64,000 bases of DNA from a virus (taxonomy: Duplodnaviria; Caudoviricetes): IMG/VR virus record IMGVR_UViG_3300028914_000062, positions 1 to 64,000 of that record; one strand, 5' to 3'. The position numbers and the translations under genes are program-made. Below, one piece after another: positions 27,636 to 38,453 of this stretch (its first letter is position 1; each line of letters starts with the position of its first letter). The notes beneath the pieces are model-generated. The model searched no databases. It had not been told where the DNA came from and saw nothing but the letters and a program-made list of their open reading frames with translations.

Positions 27636-27888
27636 TCCTTACGGACTTTGTATACGAAGTCTTAATAAACTCCTGATACAAAGGATCGTTTTCATCAGGA
27701 AGAGGGCTTAAGCATTTTTCAGCATCCTTAAAAGTAAATGCCTCCGTAAAGCACCCTATCTCGTCATCCTCGCAACAGACTTCAATATAGGGATAATTTT
27801 TCTGAATCGTACCAATGGCAGTCGATCCATCCTCAAAGGTTACCTTGACTTTGTCTTTTAGTTTAAACATAAGAGTTGCTCCTTTCAT
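27565..27888 (-). CDS. Hypothetical protein
   Basis: ORF in operon. Confidence 0.5.
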   Translation of the reverse strand: MKGATLMFKLKDKVKVTFEDGSTAIGTIQKNYPYIEVCCEDDEIGCFTEAFTFKDAEKCLSPLPDENDPLYQEFIKTSYTKSVRIEVTNDKIFFERRERRHGDKKNV

Positions 27889-28060
27889 TCACGTATTGTT
27901 ATTTCAAATCCGTCAAAAAGTCTTACGCAGACTTCATCTTGGGTTATACTATAGAATTCATTCCAGTCTACTCTCTCATCCTTAATGAGTTCTCTAACTT
28001 TCTGAGTAAGCTCATACGAGCACCCAGCATTTCGCATAAGAGATCTTAATTTTACGTCCA

Positions 28061-28810
28061 TTAGTTCTCCTCTCTGCCGGTAGTCGGCAACTCGTCAGCT
28101 TTGGCTGACACGATACCTCTATAGTTATGGTTCAGCTCACACACGGCGCAATAGGGTTCATCTTTAAACCACTCGAGATACGGTACAAAACCACTTCTCT
28201 CTTTATGATGAAAGATATCACACTGCTAGTCGTGACCAATTACAATAACTTTACAATTATCCTTGACTCGCGTTAAAACCTTCTTAAGTTCGTCCAAATA
28301 AAAGTTCTGAGCCTCATCAATAATGATAATAGCATTGTCAAAGTTTGTACCGCGCAAGAAAGTATGTGGTTTACAGTCAACAAAAACCTCATCACTTTTG
28401 GCGTTGTCACTCAGCTAATTTATAACTTTGTTGGGAAAGTACCCGCACTCAATAAGTGCTTCGGACAGAGGTTCATAAAACGGCTCTGTCTTATCCTCCA
28501 GAGTACCAGGTAATAGTCCAACATTTTCATAGCCTATAGGGGCAAAAGTATATATAAGTTTGTGATATAACTGATATTCAATCATAGCACAGGCTGTAGC
28601 TATGGCGATAGTGGTTTTACCACTACCGCTTTTAGCATTACAGAAAATGATCTTATTTTTGGGGTCATAAATGGCGTCACGAAACGCCTTTTGCTCATCC
28701 GCCAGACGGAAGCTTAATCTCCGGAAGAAGCCGCTTTTATCAAGTGTCTGGGGAGGATTAACCTTTTCCGCTGGCTTAGCTGCAGAAGAAGATTTTGCCA
28801 CAAAGGTCAC
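28061..28810 (-). CDS. phoH: PhoH-family ATPase (in-frame TAG at 28415 and 28226)
   Basis: AKSGSGKT, GLLPG, FLRGTNF, IIDEAQN, LTR, IGHD-TAG-QCD in one frame ending at TAA. Confidence 0.9.
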
Positions 28811-28822
28811 TCCAGTCTTAGA

Positions 28823-29482
28823 TTATTTTGTTGGGGTAAAAAGCTCGTCTACCGAGTCTACTATACGATCGACAACACCGAGTTCAATAAGTTCGGCATC
28901 TCTCATGTACCAGTCTTTATCCTTATTCTTTTCATAAAGCTTTTTGGAAATCTTGGTACGAGAAAAGATGAACGCTTTGGTTAATTCAAGTTGTCTCTCA
29001 TATTCCTTCTGGAACTGACGCACCTGATCTGCGGTCCCTTCGAAATTGGCACTACCTTCGTGCAGTAAGCACTGAGCACCAGGTAAAGAGAACCTCTTAT
29101 GACCGGCCAGAAGCATCAACATAGCTGCTGAAGCACAGACACCCAGATTATAAGTATAAATGGGGGTCTTCGAAATCTGGCAAACAGAGATAAAATGAAG
29201 CGCCACATCAAGACTACCGCCATAAGAGAAAATAAGTATCTTAATGGGTTCTCTCTCTTCAACCGGCTTACCCTGATCGTCTCTGTTGAATTCAACAATC
29301 ATACGAGTGTACTCAAGGATGTTTTCGTCAACATCCTGATTAATCTGTATGGTACGATTATTTAACTGCTTATACCAAAATATGGAAGCAGGGTCCGGCA
29401 GATTCAAACCAGAGGGAGCGCTCAAGACTTCTGAATCGGGGAGGGTGATTTCGAATAACGGATCTTCATTCATTTTCTTCAT
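28823..29482 (-). CDS. clpP: ClpP-like protease subunit
   Basis: IFSYGGS, CASAA (catalytic Ser), LLHE, DWYM...GVVD. Confidence 0.85.
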   Translation of the reverse strand: MKKMNEDPLFEITLPDSEVLSAPSGLNLPDPASIFWYKQLNNRTIQINQDVDENILEYTRMIVEFNRDDQGKPVEEREPIKILIFSYGGSLDVALHFISVCQISKTPIYTYNLGVCASAAMLMLLAGHKRFSLPGAQCLLHEGSANFEGTADQVRQFQKEYERQLELTKAFIFSRTKISKKLYEKNKDKDWYMRDAELIELGVVDRIVDSVDELFTPTK

Positions 29483-29514
29483 ATAATTGTCCTTTCTATG
29501 TTTGGGATGTCAAT

Positions 29515-29555
29515 ATTATACCAAACAATTCCTTATTTGTCAAGTGATATATCAC
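29515..29555 (-). promoter_or_regulatory. sigmaA-type promoter with perfect palindrome
   Basis: GTGATATATCAC-TTGACA-17-TATAAT. Confidence 0.85.
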
Positions 29556-29558
29556 CAA

Positions 29559-31880
29559 TTATAATAAAAATTGTAGCCAAGTTTGCTTAATTCTTACTCG
29601 ACTAATGGTTACAGCTTTGCGAAAGACCGTATTTGCAGCGACAACAACACAATATTTTCTTGCACGAGTAATCGCCGTATATAATAATTCCTTCGAAAGC
29701 AGAGCATAAGCGGTCTGATCCAGCCCAAAGATAACATAAGGAGATGAGTCACCCTGCTTCTTATGAACTGTAATCGCATAACCCAATGATAAGGTAGGCC
29801 ACGCCTTGGCAGGAAGAATTAGATCACCTTGTTCTGTCAAGTTAATAATCATTTCCATCGGGTTAATCTTTTTTATATACCCCACGTTGCCATTGAAAAT
29901 AGGGGTTTCCTCGCCGCGCATATTCTTGGCTGATTTATAATCGTTCTGCATAACAATAATACGATCATTCGGCTTTAGAGTGATCACAGTACCTGTACCG
30001 GGAATTGCTTTACCACTCTCATCTCGTTCCGGAGCAGAAGTAACCTGTACTTGCTCGACGTATTCGGTGGGATTAATCAGTGCCTGTAAATGATTGTTCA
30101 GAGTTCTGCAACACACATTACCCCTATCTTTAAGCGGAACAAGTATCTGAATATCATCAGCGTTGACCCCTTGTTCACGCAAAGCATTAAACTCGTTAAT
30201 GATATTTTGATAAACAAGAGCAGAGTCATGGACCACATCTAATTTAAAGTCTTTTCGTTCTCCACGGATTTCTTCGCCACAAAAACCACTATCAAATAAC
30301 TGTTCACCATTAGAGACTTTCAAAGACTCAGTAATGATACCGGAAGCGGCTGCTTGACGATGAATTTTCGTAAGGGTAGTTACAGGTATTTTCCCACTCT
30401 TGATTATATCGGCGAAGACATTACCCAAGCCTATTGGCTCAAGCTGGTGCATATCACCAAGCATAATAACACGAGTACCTGTTTTTACTGCTTTCAAAAG
30501 AGATAGGAAAATATCGGCGCCAATAAGGGTGCACTCATCAATAATAATTACGTCTAAGCTTAATTGATGATCTTCATCGTACATAAACTCATTTTTACCT
30601 TTGGCCCCTAATAATTTGTGGATTGTTTGACCAGGTCTATGAGTAATTTCGGTTAATTTACTTGAAGCGCGACCACTTAAAGCACAAGTGGCGATGCTCA
30701 AACCTTTTGATTCAAAGATTTTATAAACAGCACTTGTTGAAAAACTTTTTCCAACACCTGCACGACCTGTTAAGACACTAACGGGATTTTCGATCATTGT
30801 GTAAATGGCTTGTTTTTGTTCTTCCGTATAATCAAAGCCAAGATCATCTTCAGCCTCTTTAATAAACCTATCAGCATCCGTACGAGTAAATTGTACATAA
30901 GGGTGACCGTTCATAAGCCTGTGCAGGTTCTCCGCAACACCTTTTTCGATTTCATAATTGTCTACAAGACTTACTCTACGAGTGTCCGGTTCATAATAAA
31001 GTGGCTCATCGGGAGTTTCCTGGGTTCTAATCAAACTCTTAATAGTTGATACAACCAGTTCGTCGCTCATAGGGGCGCACATACTCTGAACCGCACTAAG
31101 GAGATCATCAATAACAACCCAAGAGTCGCCATTGGTCTCTCCTCGCTGGTCAAGATAATAACACGCATAAGCCCTTGCTCTACGCGGATCGTTGCCTTTA
31201 ATACCAGCTTGATTGGCCCAGCGATCTGCTTTATTCCAGCCGTAGCCACGAACTTTTTCTATAAGAATATAAGGATTTTTCTCTATGGCTTCGACTGCGG
31301 CTTCAGCCGAACCGAAAGCGTTAACAATTTTTTTAATGGCCTTATCGCTCAAATGATACTCTGAAAACGCGATAACTGCGTCAGCATACTCTTCGTTATC
31401 TACAAATTTATCAATGGCTCTGCGAGCACTCTTTTCGCCAATGCCTTTTATTTTCATCAAGGCTTTCATATCCTTGGCACGGAGCAATTTAATAGGATCT
31501 TCGCATCCATCGCATATTTTCTGCGCCTGTCCCTCGCCAATAGCGAAGCTCAGGAACTTTAATTGATCCTCTTTATTCTCAAAATTATAGTCCCCTCGAA
31601 GGCTTTTCGCATTATATTGAGGTCCATATTTGTCATCATTAACTAAAATGCCACGAAAAACATATTCCTCTTTGGGCACCATAACAGGAAGTGTACCTTT
31701 AACGGTAATATTCTCGCTCCACGCTAGCTCGTCAGGAAGCTCGCCTTCCATAAGTTCAGTAATTCGAACTATGGCGATGCCCCATTGAGTCTCTCTCCAA
31801 GAGGTGGGGTAAATATATCGCACTAAACGAACTTTGGCCTTAAGTGCGGACCCCAGTAATTCTTCTACGCTTTTTGCCAT
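29559..31880 (-). CDS. recD2: RecD2-like SF1B helicase
   Basis: HhH region, GRAGVGKS, IIDE, GDMHQLEPIG, IHRQ, YAITVHKKQG, YTAITRA. Confidence 0.92.
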   Translation of the reverse strand: MAKSVEELLGSALKAKVRLVRYIYPTSWRETQWGIAIVRITELMEGELPDELAWSENITVKGTLPVMVPKEEYVFRGILVNDDKYGPQYNAKSLRGDYNFENKEDQLKFLSFAIGEGQAQKICDGCEDPIKLLRAKDMKALMKIKGIGEKSARRAIDKFVDNEEYADAVIAFSEYHLSDKAIKKIVNAFGSAEAAVEAIEKNPYILIEKVRGYGWNKADRWANQAGIKGNDPRRARAYACYYLDQRGETNGDSWVVIDDLLSAVQSMCAPMSDELVVSTIKSLIRTQETPDEPLYYEPDTRRVSLVDNYEIEKGVAENLHRLMNGHPYVQFTRTDADRFIKEAEDDLGFDYTEEQKQAIYTMIENPVSVLTGRAGVGKSFSTSAVYKIFESKGLSIATCALSGRASSKLTEITHRPGQTIHKLLGAKGKNEFMYDEDHQLSLDVIIIDECTLIGADIFLSLLKAVKTGTRVIMLGDMHQLEPIGLGNVFADIIKSGKIPVTTLTKIHRQAAASGIITESLKVSNGEQLFDSGFCGEEIRGERKDFKLDVVHDSALVYQNIINEFNALREQGVNADDIQILVPLKDRGNVCCRTLNNHLQALINPTEYVEQVQVTSAPERDESGKAIPGTGTVITLKPNDRIIVMQNDYKSAKNMRGEETPIFNGNVGYIKKINPMEMIINLTEQGDLILPAKAWPTLSLGYAITVHKKQGDSSPYVIFGLDQTAYALLSKELLYTAITRARKYCVVVAANTVFRKAVTISRVRIKQTWLQFLL

Positions 31881-31883
31881 ATA

Positions 31884-34800
31884 TTACACCCTTTCCCTTT
31901 CATTCTTAAATGTGGCAATTCCATTCGGTCCCAGACTTTCAATAAGTCTAACCGTATGACCACCCTTTGTCCAGTCTTGCTTGGGAATAAAGAAGCTATC
32001 TCGACGCACGCCGGAAATCATTACTTTATTGCCTCGTACAAACCAGCTCTTTTCGATAACCGTTTTCTTGCCTTTATCATTCAACTTACTGATATTCTTG
32101 TTATAATGAATAAAGGCGCCCTTGTAAAACTTAACATCAACAACACCATGAGGTGTCAAAATGGTAACTATATGTTTATTATTATCCGTATCAATAACCG
32201 TACCGACTATGTTTTCGATTTTATATACGTCAAATTCTTTGCCTTGCTTATTCACACGCTTGCCAACAGGCTGTAAATCCTCCGGCAAACTATTAAAGTT
32301 GACCAAGTTGTAAGCAGAACTTGACATTTTTGCCAATTCGTGATCATGATAATAGTAATGCAAAGAATTCATTTCCCAGGTGCTTACAGTGCCTTCGCAG
32401 TACTTCTCCCAAATATCGTCAATGAAGGTGGCAATTTCGCCCTCGTAATACTTGGTTCGACCCTCATCAGAGTTTAACCATTCCATTAATTGGCTCAATT
32501 TGGCAGTAATTACTTTGTTAAATATAGACTGTTTTATCTGAATTACACCATCGGGCATAACATTATAATCTTTGGTCTTCATATCATCCTGTAGATAATT
32601 CTGGAAGAAAGTAATGCCATCTTCATCAGAAAGTTCCATCATTTTCGTCTCAACTTTTAGCTGATTGGCTTCGCACCATTTTTTGAAAGCGAAAGTTCGA
32701 ATCGCTAACTCATATTCTTGAGGAATGATTTTAAAACTAATGGCTTTTTCCAGGTTGGCAGTTGTTATCTTATCCTTCTTGGTATACTTCTGTTCAGCAA
32801 GAAAACGTAAAAACGTTCTCATTGCAACATGACGAGAAGCATAAAGCTTGTCGAAACAACCCGCTTTAATCAGCGAAATCATTTGCACATTGGTCGGCTG
32901 GATCTTCGTCCAAAAATCTTGAACCGAAGTGTATGGTCTATTTTGTACAATTTTCTGCGCCAATTCAGTATTGACATTGGTAATTGCTAACAAACCATAT
33001 ACAATTGAGTGATTCTCTATATCGGGGAAGAACTCTAAATGAGCGCGATTAATATCCGGTAAATCAACTTGATATCCATAGCCCTTAAGATCTCCAATAG
33101 CCTTGGCTATCTTTCCATAGTTAGTAGTTGCTACCGCTCGCTTACCAGAATTCTCAGACTCAACCTCTTCATCAGAAACCGTCTCTTCCTCTTCGTCTCC
33201 AAAGGCTTCTTGCATATCTACGTCAGTATCGCCGCCTGCGGTAACAGTTAAAACCGCACAGGCCCAATACATCGGATCGTAGAAACAAGCCAGGTTGGCT
33301 TCCTGTAAAGCTATTAAAGAATAAGCGTGAGAATGTATTGAACAGAAAGAATATGCCAATTGAACTTTAATGCAACTCTCCCAAACAAAGTCTGCAAAAG
33401 GTTTAGACACCTTGTTGTCTGCACACTTCTTAAAGTAGAGCTCTTCTAAGCCGGCAACTTCTTTCATTATCTTCTTTGCAAGTATCTTCCTTGCATGATT
33501 TGCTTCAGCCAAAGTAAAGCAAGATATGTGAGGATCCATCAGAACCAACATCAGGGTCTCTTGCTGAGTGCACATATAGTGTGTTTTCTTCAACAGGGGC
33601 CGCAGAATTTCGATTTCCTCATCAGTAACGCCTGCATTTTTGGCATCTTTTTCCCATTCAGAGGGGTCGTTTTTATATCTAAACAGAGTATCAATCGGTT
33701 GCTCCGTATTGGGACTCTGCAGTCTCATTGTATCGTTAACCAGACCAAGTTCAGATATAGAGGTAGGACGGATTTTTTTAATGCACTCACGGCCCACTTT
33801 GGAGTCGCCAAACTGGAAAAGCGAAATGACTTCGCCATTTGCCATTTTCTCCCACATGGTTTTATCTGTCTGGTTGAGAACATCAGGATGCAAGTATTTG
33901 TTATAGGTTGCTCTCAACGAACCTTGCCACTCCATCGCTCCGCCCTCAAGCATCAGTTGAACGCACTTTTGGATTTTGCTCATAGCATCAGTTACGAGCA
34001 AGTCTTCTTTAAGTGCTCCAAGTTTATCACTTGCTTTCATATTGAACATGGTCATAGGCGTTCCATTAGGAGCTCTTAATAGGCTATTGTGCTCCAAGTA
34101 GCCCTCTTCACCAGAGAAGACATATACAGACGAAGCGTGCTGACCTCTACCACACCACAATCCTTCGAGTTGTTGCACAGTCTCAAAGAGTCTAGGATAA
34201 CTTTTAAGAGCAACTTCAAAGTTGGGGACGGCAGGGAGCTCTCGTTCTTCGTCACCGTTTAAGCATTGTTCAAAGGTGTATTGTATCCCTCGAACCGCTG
34301 GAACCAGCGCTGCCAATGCCTGTGCCTCATCATTAGAAATGTTTCCAAGACCTCTGCAACTATTGATTATAGCCGACTTTAAGGTCATTGTCTTAATGGT
34401 AAGTGTCTTAAGAACCTTATTAGCTCCATAATGTTGGCGCATTAATTCAATGATCTCATCGATTTTGACATTATTAAAGTCAGAGTCTATATCGGGAAGC
34501 TCGCCGCCACCTTTGACGTGACCTTGTTCATCCTTCTGAATACGAGAAAGATTTAAGAAGCGCCACTCAACCAATCCATACTGAAGAGGATTAAATTGAG
34601 TAATACCAAGTAGATAGTTTATTAAAAATCCTCCGGAGCTACCTCTACCAGGTCCGACAAAAGAAACGTTCCAAGCGAGGTCGAGAATATCTCTTGTAAG
34701 CAGTTCATAAGAACTCAGTCGTTGTCCAAGAGCATCACTTATTCCCCAAAGTATCTCAAACTCAGTATTTAATCTACTCAAAACCTCGAAAGTCGTACCG

Positions 34801-35840
34801 ATAAGCTTCAACTGAGGACTTGTCTCAATTAAATAATACAAATATCTATCGGCTTCAAACTCCGAATGAGCAAACTTTTCAATAAAGGGATATTGAGCAA
34901 AATACGGCGCCAGAGCATAAGTCGGAGTAAACTCCGGAATTACAATCTGGGGCACTTCCGTATTTGCTTTAATATCATAGTCTTCCACCTGAGCGGTAAT
35001 CTCAAGTGTATTCGTGAGACCAAGAGATGTCTGCTCTCTGGTAACTCCCGATTTCTCCATGAGATCATAAATCTCTTCCTCGGTCATCAAATAAGTGTAA
35101 GCGTAGAAGTCGCCCACTTCTCGATCTGATTCATCACGACTGGAGATAAATGCCTCATGTACTGAACGATCTTCTTTATTCAGATAATGAACGTCAGTAG
35201 TAATAATATATTTAATTCCAAAGTGCTTGGAAAGAGCTATCAAAATTGGATTGACAATTTTTGCTGCGTCTGTATCGGCCGGCTGCAACTCAATATAACA
35301 ATTGTTTGCGCCGAAAGTTCTCTTTAGCCAAGGCAGATACCAGTTAATAAAATCGGAATCTCTGGCAAGAATGGCTCGATCCAGAGCAGAGCCGAGACAG
35401 GCGGAGCTGGCAATTAAATGTCCCTTATTGGGGGCCACGATTTCTTCTAAATCGGAGTAAAAGGTAGGTACTCTCCACTGCCCTTTACTAAAATACGCTC
35501 GGTCCCACGCACGAGAACTGATGTGACGAATTTGGTCGTGACCAATCTTATCCTTTGCAATCATCAAGAAATGCGGAAAGACAGAAGTCACCTTATAGTC
35601 TTCCGGTTTAATCAAGTACGATTCGATACCCAACGCAATTTTGAAATTGGGATTATCCTTGCGGATTTTATCTCTCAGCTCAAGTACATCTACGTGGTTT
35701 GCTATTATTTCATGGTCTGTGATTGCAACGCCGCCAAGACCCATCTCAATCGCCTTATTTATAAGATCTTTAGGTCTGACAATGCAATCTAGTAATTTGA
35801 GGTTTGATGCCTCGGTGTGACAGTGTAATGAAGAATACAT
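31884..35840 (-). CDS. dnaE: DNA polymerase III alpha subunit
   Basis: PHP domain (LHCHT, AITDH), GPGRGS, LPDIDSD, C-terminal OB fold; no in-frame TAG. Confidence 0.95.
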   Translation of the reverse strand: MYSSLHCHTEASNLKLLDCIVRPKDLINKAIEMGLGGVAITDHEIIANHVDVLELRDKIRKDNPNFKIALGIESYLIKPEDYKVTSVFPHFLMIAKDKIGHDQIRHISSRAWDRAYFSKGQWRVPTFYSDLEEIVAPNKGHLIASSACLGSALDRAILARDSDFINWYLPWLKRTFGANNCYIELQPADTDAAKIVNPILIALSKHFGIKYIITTDVHYLNKEDRSVHEAFISSRDESDREVGDFYAYTYLMTEEEIYDLMEKSGVTREQTSLGLTNTLEITAQVEDYDIKANTEVPQIVIPEFTPTYALAPYFAQYPFIEKFAHSEFEADRYLYYLIETSPQLKLIGTTFEVLSRLNTEFEILWGISDALGQRLSSYELLTRDILDLAWNVSFVGPGRGSSGGFLINYLLGITQFNPLQYGLVEWRFLNLSRIQKDEQGHVKGGGELPDIDSDFNNVKIDEIIELMRQHYGANKVLKTLTIKTMTLKSAIINSCRGLGNISNDEAQALAALVPAVRGIQYTFEQCLNGDEERELPAVPNFEVALKSYPRLFETVQQLEGLWCGRGQHASSVYVFSGEEGYLEHNSLLRAPNGTPMTMFNMKASDKLGALKEDLLVTDAMSKIQKCVQLMLEGGAMEWQGSLRATYNKYLHPDVLNQTDKTMWEKMANGEVISLFQFGDSKVGRECIKKIRPTSISELGLVNDTMRLQSPNTEQPIDTLFRYKNDPSEWEKDAKNAGVTDEEIEILRPLLKKTHYMCTQQETLMLVLMDPHISCFTLAEANHARKILAKKIMKEVAGLEELYFKKCADNKVSKPFADFVWESCIKVQLAYSFCSIHSHAYSLIALQEANLACFYDPMYWACAVLTVTAGGDTDVDMQEAFGDEEEETVSDEEVESENSGKRAVATTNYGKIAKAIGDLKGYGYQVDLPDINRAHLEFFPDIENHSIVYGLLAITNVNTELAQKIVQNRPYTSVQDFWTKIQPTNVQMISLIKAGCFDKLYASRHVAMRTFLRFLAEQKYTKKDKITTANLEKAISFKIIPQEYELAIRTFAFKKWCEANQLKVETKMMELSDEDGITFFQNYLQDDMKTKDYNVMPDGVIQIKQSIFNKVITAKLSQLMEWLNSDEGRTKYYEGEIATFIDDIWEKYCEGTVSTWEMNSLHYYYHDHELAKMSSSAYNLVNFNSLPEDLQPVGKRVNKQGKEFDVYKIENIVGTVIDTDNNKHIVTILTPHGVVDVKFYKGAFIHYNKNISKLNDKGKKTVIEKSWFVRGNKVMISGVRRDSFFIPKQDWTKGGHTVRLIESLGPNGIATFKNERERV

Positions 35841-35868
35841 CCTATGTCTCCTTTCTTAATCTTTAATA

Positions 35869-35909
35869 ATTATAACACGGCATCGAATATTTGTCAAGCG
35901 TTATTTCAC
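35869..35909 (-). promoter_or_regulatory. sigmaA-type promoter with palindrome, upstream of dnaE
   Basis: GTGAAATAACGC-TTGACA-17-TATAAT. Confidence 0.8.
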
Positions 35910-35944
35910 GTTTTTTCAAAAAATTCGATGCCGTCCAATAATGA

Positions 35945-36937
35945 TTAAAAATCGAACTTGAATTTCTTCGGAGCATAGCTCGTAGTTGCCTGCGTGCTTA
36001 AGTAATGCTCCATAACCTTTTCATGATTTTCAATTCCTTCCCACTTATTCAAACACTCATAAGTGGAATTTTGCCTTGTCCATAAAGAGTGATATGGACA
36101 AAGTCTTTTACCTTCTTCGGGCTGATTGGGGTTGGTTGCACTAAACGGACACCAATAGCAAAGCGGAGAGGGGCTCGGAGTCCAGTCTTGCTTATCAATA
36201 TTAGCAAGATTTTTCTCAATTTTAGTCATTCCACGCTTTAACCAGCCTTTTGTGCCTGCACTTTGGCGCATATCACAGAATGGAAGGTCGTAATTAAATA
36301 AAATCATTGTTTCATCCGGATCGACCTACTATATATTGTATATAGACAAAGCGTAGACCACAAGCTGTAGTGGTGTCTTGGTATCCTTTTCATCGAATGG
36401 ACGGTCTCTCGTCTTAATATCCTCGATAAGATATTTATTTTCGTCTTTATACTTCCAAAGTCTATCAATGAAGCCTTTGAAGACGGTATTGGCGAAAGTA
36501 AACTCGAAATATTTTTCGACTGCGACCAGTTCAAGTTCAGGATGCTCCTTAGCAAAGTTCTCCAATCTATAAATGCCTTCGTTAAGGTAATTTGCACATT
36601 TGACTGCGTAGCAAGATCCGCGAGCGTCTCGCTCAAAATAGGGGGTGGGATATTTCTGCTTGAGTATGTCCAAACCGTAAATACCACCACTCTGATCAAA
36701 GGGGCTGGTCTTGGGAATATTAATATGCTGGAACTGATCTTTTAAGTTCTCATAATCAATCGGCTCTCCATTAATAATACACTGACCAATCTGCTCTTCG
36801 ATATGGTGAACGAGAGTACCCAGATCTATTGCAATCGACGGCTGATCGATAAAATGTTTATCCTCGTATTTAAGTTTGTAAGCCCAGGGACAGTTGACGT
36901 ACTGATTAAGACGAGAATAAGAAAACTTAGGTTTCAT
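35945..36937 (-). CDS. PD-(D/E)XK nuclease, RecB/Cas4-like (tandem in-frame TAG-TAG at 36326-36331)
   Basis: SYSRL..CP, GFIDR, EDIKT, QLVVYA, then C-terminal CYWCPF after two TAGs. Confidence 0.85.
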
Positions 36938-37294
36938 AGGCCTCCATTCCCTTACTCTAATGTATACTTCCGATCAGAAAAACTATTATATATCCTTTTA
37001 ACTAACGCCTGCTCTTCGGGAAGAATTACCGGCACATATTTTAACAGTCCTGTCTTTTCGTCAGTTACCTTACGAACAATATGAAATACAAGATGATAAT
37101 CCGGAGGGTCGGGCTCTTCATCCTCGTCATATTCATAAGGGTCATTATCCTCAATAGGTTCATAGCTCGTAAGTATCAAGTAAGTCTAAAAATTAATATT
37201 CAGCGTCTCTTCGACGAAGAATTCCTGGGTGGTCCCATCCTCTAAGACAAACTCTAAATATTTGTCTTCGTCCGGACGATCCTCATAAACGTAA

Positions 37295-38431
37295 TCATCT
37301 GGTCTCAAAGAGAACACTTCCTTTCTTAACCCTCGCTGAAACGGTAACTGGATTGATACGGATCTTTTGTGCCAACAGTCTTTCCAGAGTTTCTTTTCCT
37401 CTATCGGCCGGACTATCTTTATACCCAACCAAACCATTGTAATCAAAGACCACATTCGTATCCATATACTTTGCAAAGGGCTGTATAATCTTTAATAATT
37501 TTGTTTCATAACTTTTAGTAAGTATCGAATTTCTATCCAAATCATTTTCTCTATCGAACGCAAGGGTAATCTTTTCCACTCCCAGACTTAATAGCAAATC
37601 AATTTGCTCGGTTGAGAGTGAAGAACCGCAACAAGCCACTGCGTAATTATTGCCGGGATAATATCCTTCACAAAGAAGAACACTTTTCTCCGCTTCAAAA
37701 ACAACGGCTTTCTTGAGGCGCCTAATTGTATCCTTGTTTTCATACAGTCCATAAAGATTGCGTCCAAGAGGGTGCTTATAGACGTTGCCTTCGACACAAA
37801 TCGGCATATACTTTCTGCCATTTTCGAGGTCATTTTCGTCAAAACTGCGTCCTCTTATTCCCACTAATCGACCGTTTATATCTCGATGAGGAATAATAAT
37901 CTTCCAATTCCCTGTGTCCACTCGAATACCAAACTTGAGCATCGCTTTGGCGGTTATACCTTCTTTAAGCCATTCATAAGGAACGGCTGGGCTACCAAAT
38001 AAGTCAAGTATGTTTTCTTGTATTGCCGGGAGTTGCTCAACGTTGGTTCGGGTTTTATCATTATCGAGTCTTTGAAGAATGTCCCAATCAGGTGTTAAAG
38101 TAACAACCTTTTCCTCAAAGCCGCTAAAAATATCAAGCCCAAAGTAGCGCTGAAGAGTCAGATATGATTGATAAAAATCACAATTACATACTTTAGAAAT
38201 GAGCCCATATATATCAAATGAGGCACTGCATTCAGTATAACAGTGAAACATCATTGACTCGGGGTAATAATATAACTTATAACTTCCTTCTCCAGGAGCA
38301 TTATGACATCTGGTCCTGAAGATCAGGTTGCCTTCGCCATCGGTTTTATAATCTCCGGCTTCAAGGCCCACAGATACAAATTGAGCAATTTGTTCAGTTG
38401 TAAGTTTCTGCTTCAATTCTGCCGGTGTCAT
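37295..38431 (-). CDS. DNA primase (zinc finger plus TOPRIM)
   Basis: CHN...FHCYTEC, IIIPH, GIRGR, VFEAEKS, LAFD. Confidence 0.88.
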   Translation of the reverse strand: MTPAELKQKLTTEQIAQFVSVGLEAGDYKTDGEGNLIFRTRCHNAPGEGSYKLYYYPESMMFHCYTECSASFDIYGLISKVCNCDFYQSYLTLQRYFGLDIFSGFEEKVVTLTPDWDILQRLDNDKTRTNVEQLPAIQENILDLFGSPAVPYEWLKEGITAKAMLKFGIRVDTGNWKIIIPHRDINGRLVGIRGRSFDENDLENGRKYMPICVEGNVYKHPLGRNLYGLYENKDTIRRLKKAVVFEAEKSVLLCEGYYPGNNYAVACCGSSLSTEQIDLLLSLGVEKITLAFDRENDLDRNSILTKSYETKLLKIIQPFAKYMDTNVVFDYNGLVGYKDSPADRGKETLERLLAQKIRINPVTVSARVKKGSVLFETR

Positions 38432-38453
38432 AATTTACTCCTTTCTGATTAAT

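Noticed and set aside
35945-36937. CRISPR-associated Cas4 / CRISPR locus
   Set aside because: No repeat-spacer array or other cas genes; the nuclease sits in the replication module
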